DNA from: Macrostomum lignano
Taxonomy: Eukaryota
Assembly (NCBI GenBank): GCA_002269645.1
Contig: NIVC01000620.1
Coordinates: 62,001 to 126,000, forward strand
Reading direction: 5' to 3'
DNA length: 64,000 bases
Shown here: one piece after another, positions 1-12,532 of the stretch
Layout: every line of letters starts with the position of its first letter
Position numbering within the stretch: the stretch's first letter is position 1
Notes under the pieces: model-generated
What the model was told of the DNA's origin: nothing
Seen by the model: the letters and a program-made list of their open reading frames with translations, nothing else
Databases searched by the model: none
Program-made: the position numbers and the translations under genes

Positions 1-1304
1 GTAATGATGCAAACAGTGAAAAAATAGCGCTTATCCGACAAGAGCAGCATCTGATCTCTGACTGACATTTTCGTATCTTCATGAATAAGCTCAAAATCAC
101 TGGGCATGGGAATGACCAGTTGAATATTACCAGAGTCTTTATCGACTCCCAGAATGTCCAGATTGCCGTCTTGTTCTTCCGTTAGGGCAAACAGTTTGGT
201 GCAGTTTCCAGCAATGCACCACAGCTGCTTGGCGCCTTCATGCAACTCGGTGATGCAGATTCTTGACTTGAGAGCTCCGCTGAGGTCGGTCACTGTCACC
301 GATGTCTCCTGAGCGATGAACAGCAGCTGTCGCTCATTGTCGCAGTGGAGATCTCGGATCGGCTGATCGGCCTCCCAGCTGCACGTGAGGCATCCAACTT
401 CTTTTGCATCATCGGAGAGCAGCAAAATTTTAAACGCCATGTCTTTTGGGCTTGAACTGCCTTCAGGTATTGACTCTGGGGGCAGTTGGTGGTCTTTATC
501 AGCTTCAGGTTGGACAGCTACAAAGATACTCGGCTGTGGCAGACAGTTGCTGCTATCCCCATTAGCCTTCTGTATCACACCTGACTGGTCAATGACAAAA
601 CCTGTGGTGTTGCTGCACACTGTTAGGCATACTGCAGTTGTTAGCACCTCTGCCTTGCTTATTCTCTCTTCTGCTCAAAGTGCAATTTCTTCATCAAAAC
701 GCCTAGAATCAGCAGCAGCATCAAACTGTTCAACGAGTTTTCTGAGTAAAACCAACTCAGCCCTCAGTCCGGTCTCAAGCTCTCTTATTCTCGAGTTCAA
801 ATCCGGGTAAGCTGCGATTTCGACTGTCTGACTTTCCTCATCCAATCTCACCAGATTCGAGTCCAGCTGCAATGTTTTCAGCGATCCCTCCATGCTCCTG
901 TTGATGAGGAAGGCCTGCCTCGTGTTTTTGTCATCTTTGGCTCTCTTTAGCTCTTTTTCAAAGTCATTCATGTCTGAGACAATTGACAGATGGTCCATGA
1001 GCTGGTCATGCTGCTTGGTAACGACAGCAACGAGCTCACTTTGACACCTGTTCAATGTCTCTCTCGGGTCGGTAAAGGTGTCATCGAGCAGCTGCAGGTC
1101 GGATGTGAGTCTCTGCTGCATCAGTCTCATGGGCTCCTGGTACTTCTTGAAGAGCTGCACTTTGTGGGCTACTCTGAGTTCAGCCTCGTCTACTTCGATG
1201 AAGTCTTGCTGCATGTGCAGGTCGCAGAGAGGCTGGCAGGTTACAGGCGACTCACCAACAGCGGGACTGCGGCAGAGGCGCATTGAACAAGGAGCGGGTT
1301 GCAT
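1..1304 (-). pseudogene. Gene A copy 1 (B-box-like/coiled-coil/NHL-like propeller protein), premature stop, runs off the left edge of the window
   Basis: ATG at 1304 (MQPAPCSMRLC...). TGA at 675-677 lies where paralogues have CGA (Arg). Homology to the intact copies continues in frame to base 1. Confidence 0.85.
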
Positions 1305-2236
1305 GATTGCTGATTTTCTGCTGGTGGGCGCTTTGTGTACGAACTGCACTAGTGCCTTGAAGCTTTGCTCTGCAAATTTTAATACTAATACATGTACGTA
1401 GCTTTGCTAACCCCAGTGAAAGAAATTACTTAGACAACGGGACTTAAGAAACCTAACTCGTCAATGACAGGATTTAGACTGAACAATAATACAAGTAGGC
1501 AAAAATTGTCCAAACTGAAGGGCTTGCTTTATTGATTTATTCTTCTACTGAACTGTGCATACATTTTATTTTCCATAAAACTTACTCCTCCACACGAGGC
1601 AGTGCTGTTTGATTCGACGATCGATCTGAGAGGGATTGATTGAAGTTGATAAAAATTCATGCCATTTATTGTGGGAATTAGGTGTAGTGAAAGCTATAGC
1701 CATAGGGAAGTTAAAGGAATTATGCAGGTCTGGGTTATTCAAGATACGGAGGCAATGAGAAGGCCATGCGTTCGAGGAAAAAAAACATAAAACAATTATC
1801 CAAGGAATATTTGTTGTTTCTTTTCTTCCAGAGAACTCTATAAATTCCCACCTCTGACATGCTGTGTGGCATCTCTGTCAGTTACTTTTGCCATGCCGTT
1901 TTTAGGCTGTTGGACCTGCTTCTATCCTGCGCACATAATCCCCAGCAGTGCATTGGTACTCGCGATATATTAGCAATCGTAGTAATACATAGAAATCTTT
2001 TATACCACTTATTGTAACGGTACATCCTGTAAGCGTTTCTTTGTCCTTGTTTAGGATAAGGGTCAGGATTCAACCATAAAAGTTTCATGGGGAATTCCCT
2101 AGATGTCAAAGGCTCGTTGGGGGGATTTCTGAGATGTCAGAGCTCACGAGTGAAATGCTGAAATTCTTTGGCTCAAAGGGAATTTCTAAGATGTCAGGGC
2201 TTATGGGGGAATCACTGAAATAATTGAGCTCGTTGG

Positions 2237-2469
2237 TGTTGTGTATTGCATTGTGTACTCGTATCGATGTGTCGGGTGATTTGGTTTTACTGAGAGCTCA
2301 ATCCATCCATTCAATAATGCTAAAATGCTTCATTTATCCGCACTAGCTTTGTGTACGTTCTACAATGTACATCGCTCGCTGAGTTAAATATATAAGTCGG
2401 GGCTGGGCCGTTTGAACCATGAATGTTCTTGACTAGCCTTGCACACTGACTCTTGTCTACAATTCAACA
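2237..2469 (+). repeat. 5' LTR of the Gypsy element (233 bp)
   Basis: Starts TGTTG and ends CAACA (5-bp inverted termini). Followed directly by TGGCG at 2470. First 18 nt recur at 7943 after a polypurine tract. Confidence 0.85.
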
Positions 2470-2523
2470 TGGCGTTGCAAGCATAAAAGTACTTTCTATT
2501 TTCTAGCTCGTACTACCAAAGAA

Positions 2524-3123
2524 ATGGAAGGACTGGGGCCTCCAGAGCCGTTGGTTTTCGACACCAATCGAGCAAAAAATTGGAGAAGATGGAGCAAAGC
2601 GATGGAATTTTATATGAAGGCTACGAAAAAGACAGACGAAAGCGAAGAGGTTAAGATCGCAATACTGCTAACAGCACTTGGAGCAGAAGGCCAAGAAGTG
2701 TATTCAACATTTCCCGCAGAGAAGGTGAATACTTACGACGACGTAATCACGCAATTCAAGGACTACTGCGAGCCGCTTTGCAACGAAACTTTAGATCGCT
2801 ACCTGTTGAGAACCAGAACTCAGGCTGAGTCGGAGGACTTCGATCAGTTCGTAGCCTCCCTTCGACAGCTCGTTACTAGGTGGAATTACGGAACACCGAC
2901 CAATGGCGAGAGCGTCATCCGCGACCAAATTGTTATAGGAGTCACCGATCCGGCACTGAAAGAGAGACTTCTGAGAGAGACGAACCGGACTCTCAACCGC
3001 GCTATTCGAATGGGTAGGGCTTCAGAGACGTCGAAGCGACAGGCGAGTTCTCTGGCCATAGCTCACAGCAGCCGAGCACCCCCTCCTGCGTCTGTTGACC
3101 TTACACACCCTAACGGACCCTAA
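2524..3123 (+). CDS. Gypsy gag N-terminal/capsid-like region, C-terminally truncated
   Basis: Starts 54 nt after the PBS. NWRRW...KIAILLTALGAEG...ESEDFDQFVASLRQL...IRDQIVIG is typical of animal Gypsy gag. No CCHC knuckle is left. Confidence 0.8.
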   Translation: MEGLGPPEPLVFDTNRAKNWRRWSKAMEFYMKATKKTDESEEVKIAILLTALGAEGQEVYSTFPAEKVNTYDDVITQFKDYCEPLCNETLDRYLLRTRTQAESEDFDQFVASLRQLVTRWNYGTPTNGESVIRDQIVIGVTDPALKERLLRETNRTLNRAIRMGRASETSKRQASSLAIAHSSRAPPPASVDLTHPNGP

Positions 3124-5585
3124 CGGATCCTCTTTCCAGCTGGGTGCCCTCAAGCTCAAGATGCGCCGAGGAAAGTCTGCCAAGGGGAAGGCTACTGCCA
3201 ACCCCGGCATCTCCGGCAAGAGCGGGGCGCAGTCTAAGGCCCAAGGAAAGGCGCAAGCCGATCCCAAAGCCGGAGCTGCGTCTCGCCCCTCTGCTGGCAG
3301 CAATTCGGCGACCGCGGTGACGGCTCCGGCCAAGCCCCGGGAACCGAACCTGCCAGCCGGAGAAGGAGTTGAGGACGAGGCCGGGTCCTCGGAATTCGAG
3401 CTCTCCTCGGCCACCCTGGTGGGGTCTGAAGGCAAAGATGCAGATGATCCATCCTGTCATCGGAGCCCGAGGACTCTGCTGGGGGGCTGGTGGGGGTGAG
3501 GAGGCCATGGACGTCGACCAACTCCCATCTCCCAGTCAAGCCCCAGCGGCCTGGGACGAGGACGATTTGCTGTCCAAGTCTCCTTGATGGCCCTGGTTTC
3601 TAGCCAGCTATTGCATTTAATACAGTATGACTAAGCTCCACGCTGCCAAAGGAGCGACATTCTGTCTGCAAATAAATTTACAGCATTGCGAATCTGCGTC
3701 AGTAAATCTGATGAAGATTGCTGAGCTGTACAGGCCAGATCTCATTCTGATCCAGGAACCCTGGATGCGCAACGGTAAGTTGCCCAGCATCCGTTCTAGC
3801 TAATCTGATTTTTATGTGTGTGGATCGGGGAACAGCCGCCCTAGAGCGGCTATCCTCGCTGCCAGCCATCTCCAGGCTTGGCTGAGGACTGATCTCTCAG
3901 ATTGAGACCTCTGTGTCATCCAATATAATCAACTCTTATCGCGGTCGTGTCTCGTTGCTTCGATTTATATTCCAGGCGACAGAGACCCTGCTCCTGAGAG
4001 TCTACTGCGCCTTGCGCAGTACTGCGAGTCCCAGAACGCTGAGCTGTCCTTAGGGGGCGACCTTAACGCACACCATAAGCACTGGGGCAGCAAAGACACC
4101 AATACTAGAGGGGAGGAGCTTCTGGCCCTCATCTCTAACACAATCCTCATGCTCTGCAACCGTGGTTGCACTCCCACCTTTAACAATGGCAGATGGACTG
4201 AGGTCCTCGATGCCACACTTGTTACCCCAAGACTCTTTGACAGAGTTGAGGAGTGGAGAGTCTGGTCTGAGGAGCCCTCCCTATCTGACCACGGCTTTAT
4301 CGCCTTTAACATCGCGGACACTAAACCCGAGTCCTCGATCACTTGGAGGCGTAACATCCGCAACACTGATTGGGCAGCCTATAAGGCTACCCTTGATCTG
4401 CACCTGCAGAAACTCACGGACTTACGTCCGATTGAGACCTGCGAGGATGTGGACCATGCGGCTGAGACGCTGACAGGTTGCATTAATGCAGCCTATGAAG
4501 CGGCCTGCCCTGTCCGTGCCTACAAAGGCAAGACCTCGGCGCCGTGGTGGAACTCGGAGCTGGGGAAACTCAGGCGGAAGGCCAAAAGCCTTCACCGCCG
4601 TGCCATGAAGACCGGAAACCAGGAGGACATGGAGCTTTTCCGGCAAGCTTCCCGCAACTTCAAATCTGAAGTTCGCAAGGCTAAGGAATTTGAATGGTAT
4701 ATATTTCCCATTTATTTTGTTATGTTGCGTCACGGCCTTTAGGCCAATTAGCTTAACGTCAGCAATGCTTAAGCTAACTGAGAGGCTTATTCTCTGGCGG
4801 CTGCTCTCATGCGAGCTGACAGCAATGCCCCTCAGCAATAATCAGCACGCCTTCCGCACCGGGAGGTCGACTGACAGCGCCCTGCATGCGATAGTCGAGA
4901 AGATTGAACGGGCGGTACTGGATTACGGTTACGCCCTGGCCCTTTTCTAGACATTGTTGGCGCCTTCGACAGCGTTATCTTTGAAGCGTTTCAGAGGGCC
5001 CTTCAAAACCGCAAAGCTTTGAAACGCCGCGGCGTTTACTTGATGCCGGTGTCAAATTCCTTTACATGAGGGCACCTGCTAAGCGGAACCTCGTCCCGCA
5101 TAGCAACCTGTGCCTCAACATTCTCAACGAGTGTCACGCCAATCGCGTCTTCACCGATGGCATTGCCTCAACGCTCAACCTGAGACAACGCTACTCCGTA
5201 GCTATCGACTCGCGCGATACCATCAATGACCACTGGAACCCTGGTGAGCTTCATTGCTACACCGACGGTTCTAAGCAGTCCACCAACAAAATCACCCTTA
5301 AGTGGGTTCCGGGGCATATGGGGATCCGAGGAAATGAGTTGGCTGACACCCTTGCAAAAGTTGGCGCCTTCGGCTCCTCTCTCGGTCCCGAACCCATTGT
5401 CCCAATTCCTGGCTGTGTCATCGACTCGCGCATCAAAGCGTGATTCAGGACCCAGCACCGCTCGATTTGGGCGAACTGCACTACCTGCAGGCAATCCAGA
5501 GGCGCTGTCCCTCAGCCCTCTCACCAGCTCCGGAAGCTCCTCTTGCGCCTCTCGCGCAGAGACATCCGGGCTGCCAGGATCCGAC
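3095..5585 (+). mobile_element. Non-LTR retrotransposon relic (APE endonuclease, RT, RNase H; R1/LOA-like) nested in the Gypsy element
   Basis: ORF2 from ATG 3627: QINLQH and DLILIQEPW (APE), SEEPSLSDH, APWWNSEL, FRPISLTS, QHAFRTGRST (RT), YTDGSK and WVPGHMGIRGNELAD (RNase H). Carries stops, frameshifts and a large internal deletion. Boundaries approximate. Confidence 0.85.
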
Positions 5586-7318
5586 ATATCTGAATCAGTT
5601 CATTGAGCGCGAGTATCACCCAATCCCAACAGCTGAGGAGGTCCGCATGGCAACTGCTGGAACCGCTGTATTTAATGCATTCGACGCAAACGAGAGCTTT
5701 CACCAGCTTAAGCTAGATGAGAAGAGTTCGTTTCTTACCACTTTCCACACTCCGTTTGGTCGATACAGGTGGAAGCGTGTGCCGTATGGCCTAGCTTCGA
5801 TCCCAGAAGTGTTTCAGAAACGCATGGAAAAAAAAATGTTACCAGCCATGTGGAAAACGCAAGAAACTTCTTCGATGATATCATTGTGTGGGGACGCACG
5901 ATCGAGTAGCACGATACGGCGGTGCGCCAGCTAATGGAGCAGTGCAAGCGTGCAAAAGTGATGCTGAATCCCAGCAAGGTGAAAGTTGGAGTCCCAGAGC
6001 TAAACTATCTAGGGGACATTCTCGGACCAGATGGACTGAGGGCTGATCCACAGAAGGTTAAAGCGATCAAAGAGATGGCAAGACCCAACTCCCTTGAAGG
6101 CGTGACAGCAAAGAAAGAACAGCTGAGGCGGTTTCTTGGCTGCGTCACTTACTTGGCCAGATTCTGCCCACACGTGTCTGCCACTGCAGAGCCACTGAGA
6201 CACCTGCTCAAGAAAGAGGTTATATGGAGCTGGTTGGATCAACACGACCAAGCGCATGGTGAGATCGTCGCGGAACTATGCTCAAGCCGAGTGTTAGCCA
6301 CGTTCGACAACAACAAGCCTTTCACAGTCTCAGTTGACGCAAGCAAGAGTGGCATCGGCGCAGTGCTGCTTCAAGAGGATCGCCCCGTCGAATACGCGTC
6401 CTCGGCTATGACAAGTGCTCAGCGCGCGTGCTCAGCGTGCTCAACGCGCAGATTGAGAAAGAGATTTTGGCCATCGTCTATGGTTGCAAAAAAATCCATC
6501 GTTATATCTGGGGTCGTACGGTGCAAGTGCAAAGCGATCACAAGCCACTTGAATCGATCTTTAATAAGGCTTTGTGCGACACTACTCCTCAAATTCAGCG
6601 ACCCCTGCTTCAGTTGCAACCGTATGACATCCGCGTAAAGTACACGCCCGGCAAAAACCTTTATGTAGCCGACACTTTAAGTCGAGCTCACGGTGCAGCT
6701 GATCTTCTCACTATTCAGCTTGAGACAGCGCTTGACGGCCAAGTTTTATCGGTGGAACGCTGCTTTAGTGGTGATCGAGAAATCTTGCAGATGATAAAGA
6801 CTGCGACAGTAGAAGATGGGTGAGCGGTTGCGAACTGTCATCCAGGAGGGTTGGCCAGAGCATCGGTCGAAGTTGTCAGATGATCTGAAGCCTTTTTGGG
6901 ATATCCGAAATGACTTGACGTATGCCTCTGGTCTTCAATGCCTGAAGGACCGTATCTATGTCCCAAACGGCCACGCCCGGAAATCAGTGCTCAAATTCTA
7001 CATGCGGGGCACCCTGGCATCGTGAAAATGGACTTTAAGGCCAAGGACTATTTCTACTGGCCAGGAATGCGGAAGAGCGTAGAGCAGGTCGTTAGTGAAT
7101 GCGAGTCGTGCCAGCGCAATATGAGGACTCAGTCCAAAGAAACGCTGATGTCTGTGAATATGCCGGATCCAAAGCTTCGCTGTGACCTGCCAGACTGTCA
7201 AGGACTTGCGACCAAGGAAATTCATCTTCACTCCTGCATTGAGGCTTTTGAAAAAGAGCGCGTTAGAGCAGCGCAGCTGTACAATCGCGAAGCTAAGCTG
7301 CGAGTGGGTGGCCGCTGA
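5586..7318 (+). pseudogene. Gypsy pol remnant (partial RT, RNase H, integrase Zn-binding domain), frameshifted
   Basis: TTFHTPFGRYRWKRVPYGL, YLGDILGPDGLRADPQKVKAI, VDASKSGIGAVLLQ, EKEILAIVYG, SDHKPL and LHAGHPG...YWPGM...CESCQ spread over several frames. Integrase DDE core is missing. Confidence 0.9.
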
Positions 7319-7471
7319 GATTGATAGCGAGTGCGAGAACTCCCCAGTGTCGTACTGGGTTTGAACTGAGACTGGAAAGTTGCTCAGACGGAACCGTCGC
7401 TTCATCAGGCCTCGGAAGATTGGTGTGACAGTCGGTGAATTCCAACAGAGCAGCGAAAAGGACGAGCAGGG

Positions 7472-7576
7472 AGCCGGCCTCCGTGCAGCCGGCCTCCGTG
7501 CAGCCGGCCTCCGTGCAGCCGGCCTCCGTACAGCCGGCCTCCGTGCAGCCGGCCTCCGTGCAGCATGCCGCCGTGC
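7472..7576. repeat. 15-bp tandem repeat AGCCGGCCTCCGTGC, six copies plus one degenerate copy
   Basis: Directly visible, in the 3' region of the Gypsy element. Confidence 0.95.
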
Positions 7577-8478
7577 AGCGAGATGGGCCGTATCGGACTA
7601 TGCGTAAGCCGAGCTGTTAAGAATCCAGAGTATTACCAGGCAGCCCAAGTACTGCAATTTGCTGGTGACTGTCACTTAATGTAGCAGTTATTCTTGACCT
7701 TAACTTTTTAAGCATCTAAAAACCAGCTTGTAGCATTCGACCATAATATTGCATTACTTTCTGTGTTCATCTAAAATCTCGGATTGCATGACGTACTGAC
7801 CTTATAAAAAATATGATTTTTGCTTTTATCCTTTTCAAAACTGTTCAATCTTGCGTTTTTAATACCTTCATCGGAGATACAATTTCGCACCAATGTTATT
7901 TCGTTTAAATCGTTTCCGAACTAATAACTTTCGTAAGGGAGATGTTGTGTATTGCATTGTTCTATGGCCCACCTGAGTCTTAATGATTGTCCAAAAAGCG
8001 CCAATTTTTCAGGCTTCCAAAGCGAATTTCAACCATAGACAAAACTTGCTGAATAATCAGTTAACAGTTTATTTAACAAAAGTGACGATAGATACACTAG
8101 GCAATTGAAAATGGCACAAATAGATATGAAATATGCGTACAGGTACAACAAACAATGATATAATAAAGCAAACTATGCGTAAATTTTGTATTTTGAAATA
8201 AATTTGATTAGGAGGGTGTGATTAAAGGGATTGGGAGATTGTGACTACTAGAATTGAGAGAGTGGGATTCCTAGTAGTAGGAGATTTTGATTCCTAGCAT
8301 TGGAAGATTGGGATTTCTAGCATTATTAGAAGATTAAGATTTCAATAAATTAGAAGATTCGGATCGGGATTAAGCATTGACAAACAAATCATGCAGACGA
8401 AAAAAAGGGTCTCAAAAGCAAACTTTGTCACTGTCCAAATATGAAGTGTCTATTAATCTGATGTCGAAGCCTAACTTA

Positions 8479-10241
8479 TTATAAATTAAAAGTACAATTA
8501 GAAAAGCTACAGTTGGCAAACATCGGCTGACGCACTGCTGTACTCACATCCAATTGTTTTTGCGCTACTGAAACGGCCACTGTGCTACCGGCTGGTGAAG
8601 TAACAAGCGAAGTATCTGCTAAATTGTTGAATAGTGTAGTCAACGAACTATCCAGCGTGCTGTCACTTGCAGCTGGCAGACTTTTCACATCCGACACGTC
8701 ACGTTGAAGACTAGTGCTGACAGCAGTCGCGACCTTTTTCAATGCTCTATCGCTTTTGCGCGATAAGTAACGGCGCACAGTAGCTTCACTACGTTGTCCC
8801 GTAACGGCCATTGTTTCGTCCATGCTGTAACCGCTGTCATATAGGTCCGAGATGCGCGTGACGCGAATGCAATGGTTCGTGTATCGCTGCGAAGGCGAAC
8901 ACACTTCACTGAGATGTCCCATGAATGAGCACTGTCGCGACTTTCCTATTCATTTCTTAGTTCACCTTCACTTGTCTCTGTTTACTCTGTTTTCTCTCTC
9001 TCTGTCTAGCTCAATCTTGTTATCCTTATCTCTCTCTCCCTTGCTGCCTTCTGATTGGCTCTCCATTCTCGCCTCTCTCTTCAGTCGCGCACTCCACCCC
9101 CTCTCTTTATTATTCTGGGCTCAACCCCCCAAAGTTAAATGTTCTATAAATATATCGGTTTGGGCCCTGCGCCCAATTACTGGCTCCTCTTACTTATTCA
9201 ATTTAACATCTAATTTAGTTCTAGTGTTTATTCTTATTATTTTCTCGACAAGCACAACCAGTTGACGCCACGCACTTGGCGACAAGAAAACCTCAAGACT
9301 CCATTAAAAGCATTAGCGAGTGGTCGTGGAAAGAAATTGTCTCCTTCTGGCAACAATGACTGGTAGTGAAGAATAAGATCTCTCTCAGCTCCATAGATGC
9401 GACTCTGCTTTGCAACGTTGCCCTTGCACTTGGTCGGATCCGAAGACTGGTTTTTAGTTGGCAAAGGCGGAAGCTTCAGGTAGCTGTGCGCATCCGCGTC
9501 TTTACAATCTAGTAGTGTCCCACGTTTTCGAATCGACTCCAAATGCTCCTGGCCTCTCTCTCCTAGAGTATAGAAAATGACAAAAATTACCTCATCTTGA
9601 AGTTTTTCTGCGGTCGATCTGTCAAAATGCTGCCTGATTTTTCGAAGGTCTCCGTCCTCAATAGGTCGAAACTGTTGAACAACTCCACCCTCAGCGCTGA
9701 AATGACGAACTTTCACTCGTAGCATTCTGTTCGCCGCTTCAAACTCTGGCCCATTCATAATGTCTGTCTGCATCTTGAGTATCATTCTTAGGTAACGCTG
9801 CACACCAGCTCGAATGCATACAAGGGTAGCAGGCGAATACAGACTTCCATCAGATTTCTTTAGTCCAAAATAATAGAAACGAAGATACTTTCCTAGCTTC
9901 TCGTTAGTCATGCTTTGTACTTCTTCGGTCGTATGCTTGCACATGAAGGCAATGAATCGACCTCCCTGTTGCATCATTTGTTCTTGGGTGGAGCGCGGTA
10001 GCGAGTCTAACTCGACTTGGTCCATGTCGGCAGCCACAGACTCAGGTAATTCTGGCAATTTGACTCCGGAAACATAATCTTCCGAGTTAGCCTGCAGATC
10101 CGTGAGGAAGCCAATAAAATTCTGCAGATCGGTGTCGTCGTGGTGATCAGTATAACTTAGCGCAGTAATAAAGCTCAGTTCACAGTCGCTAACTCCATCC
10201 AACGATTCGCAGGAAAGATGCTTCCAATTGATCAAAGCCAT
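8479..10241 (-). pseudogene. Crypton-type (DUF3504-like) tyrosine recombinase, split by a solo LTR
   Basis: ORFs 9237-10310 and 8479-8922 join in frame (NWL-CSF-MGHLS) once 8933-9250 and one TSD copy are removed, giving 479 aa. Motifs: GERGQE, YTNHCIRVT, TGQRS...RRY. Confidence 0.8.
8933..9250. mobile_element. Solo LTR (318 bp) with 5-bp target-site duplication AGCAC
   Basis: Starts TGTCGCGA and ends TCTCGACA. AGCAC at 8928-8932 and 9251-9255. Excision restores the recombinase reading frame. Confidence 0.85.
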
Positions 10242-10247
10242 TTTAAG

Positions 10248-10507
10248 CATGGATGAATAATATAACTGGATCGCCAGAAGCTCGACTTTTTTGGTCCTAG
10301 CCATAGACAAGCACCAGCATCACAAGAAGCTCAGAATGCCGTACTTTCACACATAGACAAATAGCCGCTGCAGAAGCTGCAAACCTTTATTTATAAGTAT
10401 TTATTTGAAAGTACGGCATTCTGAGCTTCTTGTGATGCTGGTGCTTGTCTATTGCTAGGACCAAAAAAATCGAGCTTCTGGCGATCCAGTTATATTATTC
10501 ATCCATG
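10248..10507. mobile_element. P-superfamily MITE (260 bp, about 100-bp TIRs, 8-bp TSD ATTTTAAG)
   Basis: Termini CATGGATGAATAATATAA / TTATATTATTCATCCATG. TSD at 10240-10247 and 10508-10515. The first about 147 bp match 23563-23709, the 5' end of a THAP/P-transposase element. Confidence 0.9.
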
Positions 10508-12532
10508 ATTTTAAGACGAGCGTGAAATTCCTCTGGTCTTGCCTTAGAAAACAGACCCTTTAAAGAGCCTTTAGTCAAGGAAAATCATAGTCTATGGTAC
10601 CCTCTAACTCTTCGATCTAGTCTTTTCACCCAAGATTAAAAATTGTCTATGGCCTTTTCTTCGAGAAAATTCTAAGCGGTACGCAATGGATAAATAATCA
10701 GCGGTCCCAGTGCGTGACAACGATTGTCTGGCGAGCGCCGGTAGGCGCAAGCCATAGACAAATCGTTGTCACGTGCTGCGACAGCTGATTCTTTGCATTG
10801 TTTTTCTGTTTCACGATCCTACAGACAATACATTGTAGTAATGGGTTGTTCTGCATTAAATATGTGAATAATGATCGTCAAATTGCTAAACAATGTTGTT
10901 TAACGATATTTTTCTAGGCATTACCGATTTATCGCTACTTAGCGGGCGTCTTAATGTCTATATGTCTATGGTTGAAACCGAAAATGATGCTTTTATTTTG
11001 TGTTTTTTTCAGGATATGTTTCCCAATGCGTATCTGGCTTTACTTGTGGGTTAAAAGAAGTTTACTTAGTGAGTTATATTGTGGTTTTTCGAATCAGTAC
11101 GAGTGCCAAGCATGGGACATCTGTTAAAGGCTTTCGACGTGTTCCCAATGCCTCCATCGCCGATGCACCTGGGCTCCAACCTGAAAATTAGAAGTCGCTA
11201 CTACGAATCGTTTCTAATTAATGGTGCTTCATTTTCTGCTACAAGCTGCCTGATCTGTGCGGCGCGGTACGCGTTTGGAGTTCAACTGGCTTCGCTAAGA
11301 CTGCAGGAGTGTGAGCTGCCTGGCTGAATGAGCTAGACAGTAGGATTTTGTCAGTCAGTTTAATTTTGCTGAGCATGCTCACGCATAGTGTAGGCATATG
11401 TACACTGTCTGTGCCCAAGGCCAAGTTTTGTGTTTAAAAAATCATTTGCCTTAAAAGTTAGAGGCTTATTTTAGCTTTCATGCCGCAAAGTCCGATTTTT
11501 ATCACAGAACTTACACAGATGGCTACTTATGTTTCTTCACTGGATTAGTAGTTTGTACGCATATCTATTTCTACGCAGTTTAATTTCATTAAATCGCTGA
11601 TTGAGCATTCTGTGTAAGTTCTGTGATTTTTATAAGTGCTTCCTGCTGTATGCAGCATGCATTTGTTCGCACACCCTTAGCCATAGAAATACACACCGCA
11701 TAGTGCTTCTATGCTCACTCAGAAGAAAGCCACAAGTAGAGCTGATCAAGCACAGAGTTGCAAGACAGCAGTTCGAGGCTGACCGGCAGTTTGCTGCCTT
11801 TAAAGTTGCTTTTAAAATTTGCGATCTTTACAGAGAATTCACATATGCATGGCCACGAGAGTATATCCAAGTAAGATAAGTCAAATCGCGAAAGTGATTT
11901 CATCCCTGTCTGATCCACGCATATTGTGCTCCACCAAATTTGAAAAAGATGGATGGATTTCACTAAACATTCTTCTAATCGCCTTTATATAAAAGTGAGT
12001 ATTAGACTCAATCATATGTTTACTTACGACGAACTCATCATGTCACTCAATTCAACGCCCTATTATTTCCGTAACGGGCCACAAGGTGGGCGTGGAACAA
12101 AGCATTGGTATTTTCTGCCCACAGCTTTTCCCACGTCCTCCCATGTCCCCACGGTGGCAAATACTCTGGTTAATTATATATGCACTGAGACTTTAACATC
12201 GTAGGCATATGCCCACAATTGTCAGTTTCTCTCATTAGCAAGCTAAAAGTCTCTCAGAAGAAGCATCTAAAATCCTATGAGGCTTCTTCAGCTTCCTCTC
12301 CCAATTAGAATAACGGCTGAGTCCTTAGTTTTGAGCCGCACAAAATGCCATGAAATAAGAAGGAGCTGCTCCTCTCTGAGCAATTACAGACAAGTGCATG
12401 CTTTCTGCACAAATACAGCAGAGAGACACTTGAATTACTCTCTGCAACTGTAATGAAAGCAGCTGTCTGTGACTTTTAGCTCGTACCGACGTAGTTTCTT
12501 AAGCATTGACAGTGAGAAGTAATCTCTTGAAA

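Larger units (their letters stand above)
2237..7960 (+). mobile_element. Ty3/Gypsy LTR retrotransposon, defective, with a nested LINE and a truncated 3' LTR
   Basis: 5' LTR TGTTG...CAACA, then TGGCG primer-binding site, gag, RT/RNase H/integrase Zn-finger remnants, AAGGGAGA polypurine tract and an 18-bp copy of the LTR start at 7943-7960. Confidence 0.9.

Noticed and set aside
385-810. Antisense ORFs over gene A copies (also 990-1286, 17955-18377, 25951-26373, 32438-32734)
   Set aside because: Shadow frames repeated only because the sense gene is duplicated. No independent motifs.
10248-10310. N-terminal MSMARTKKVELLAIQLYYSS of the 357-aa ORF
   Set aside because: Encoded by the MITE arm, so not part of the recombinase. 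The likely native start is ATG at 10241.
11010-11327. Short ORF with SCLICAAR after a TTTTTTCAG acceptor, possibly another PAN-like exon
   Set aside because: Too few conserved cysteines and no paralogue in the window. It cannot be supported without a profile search.
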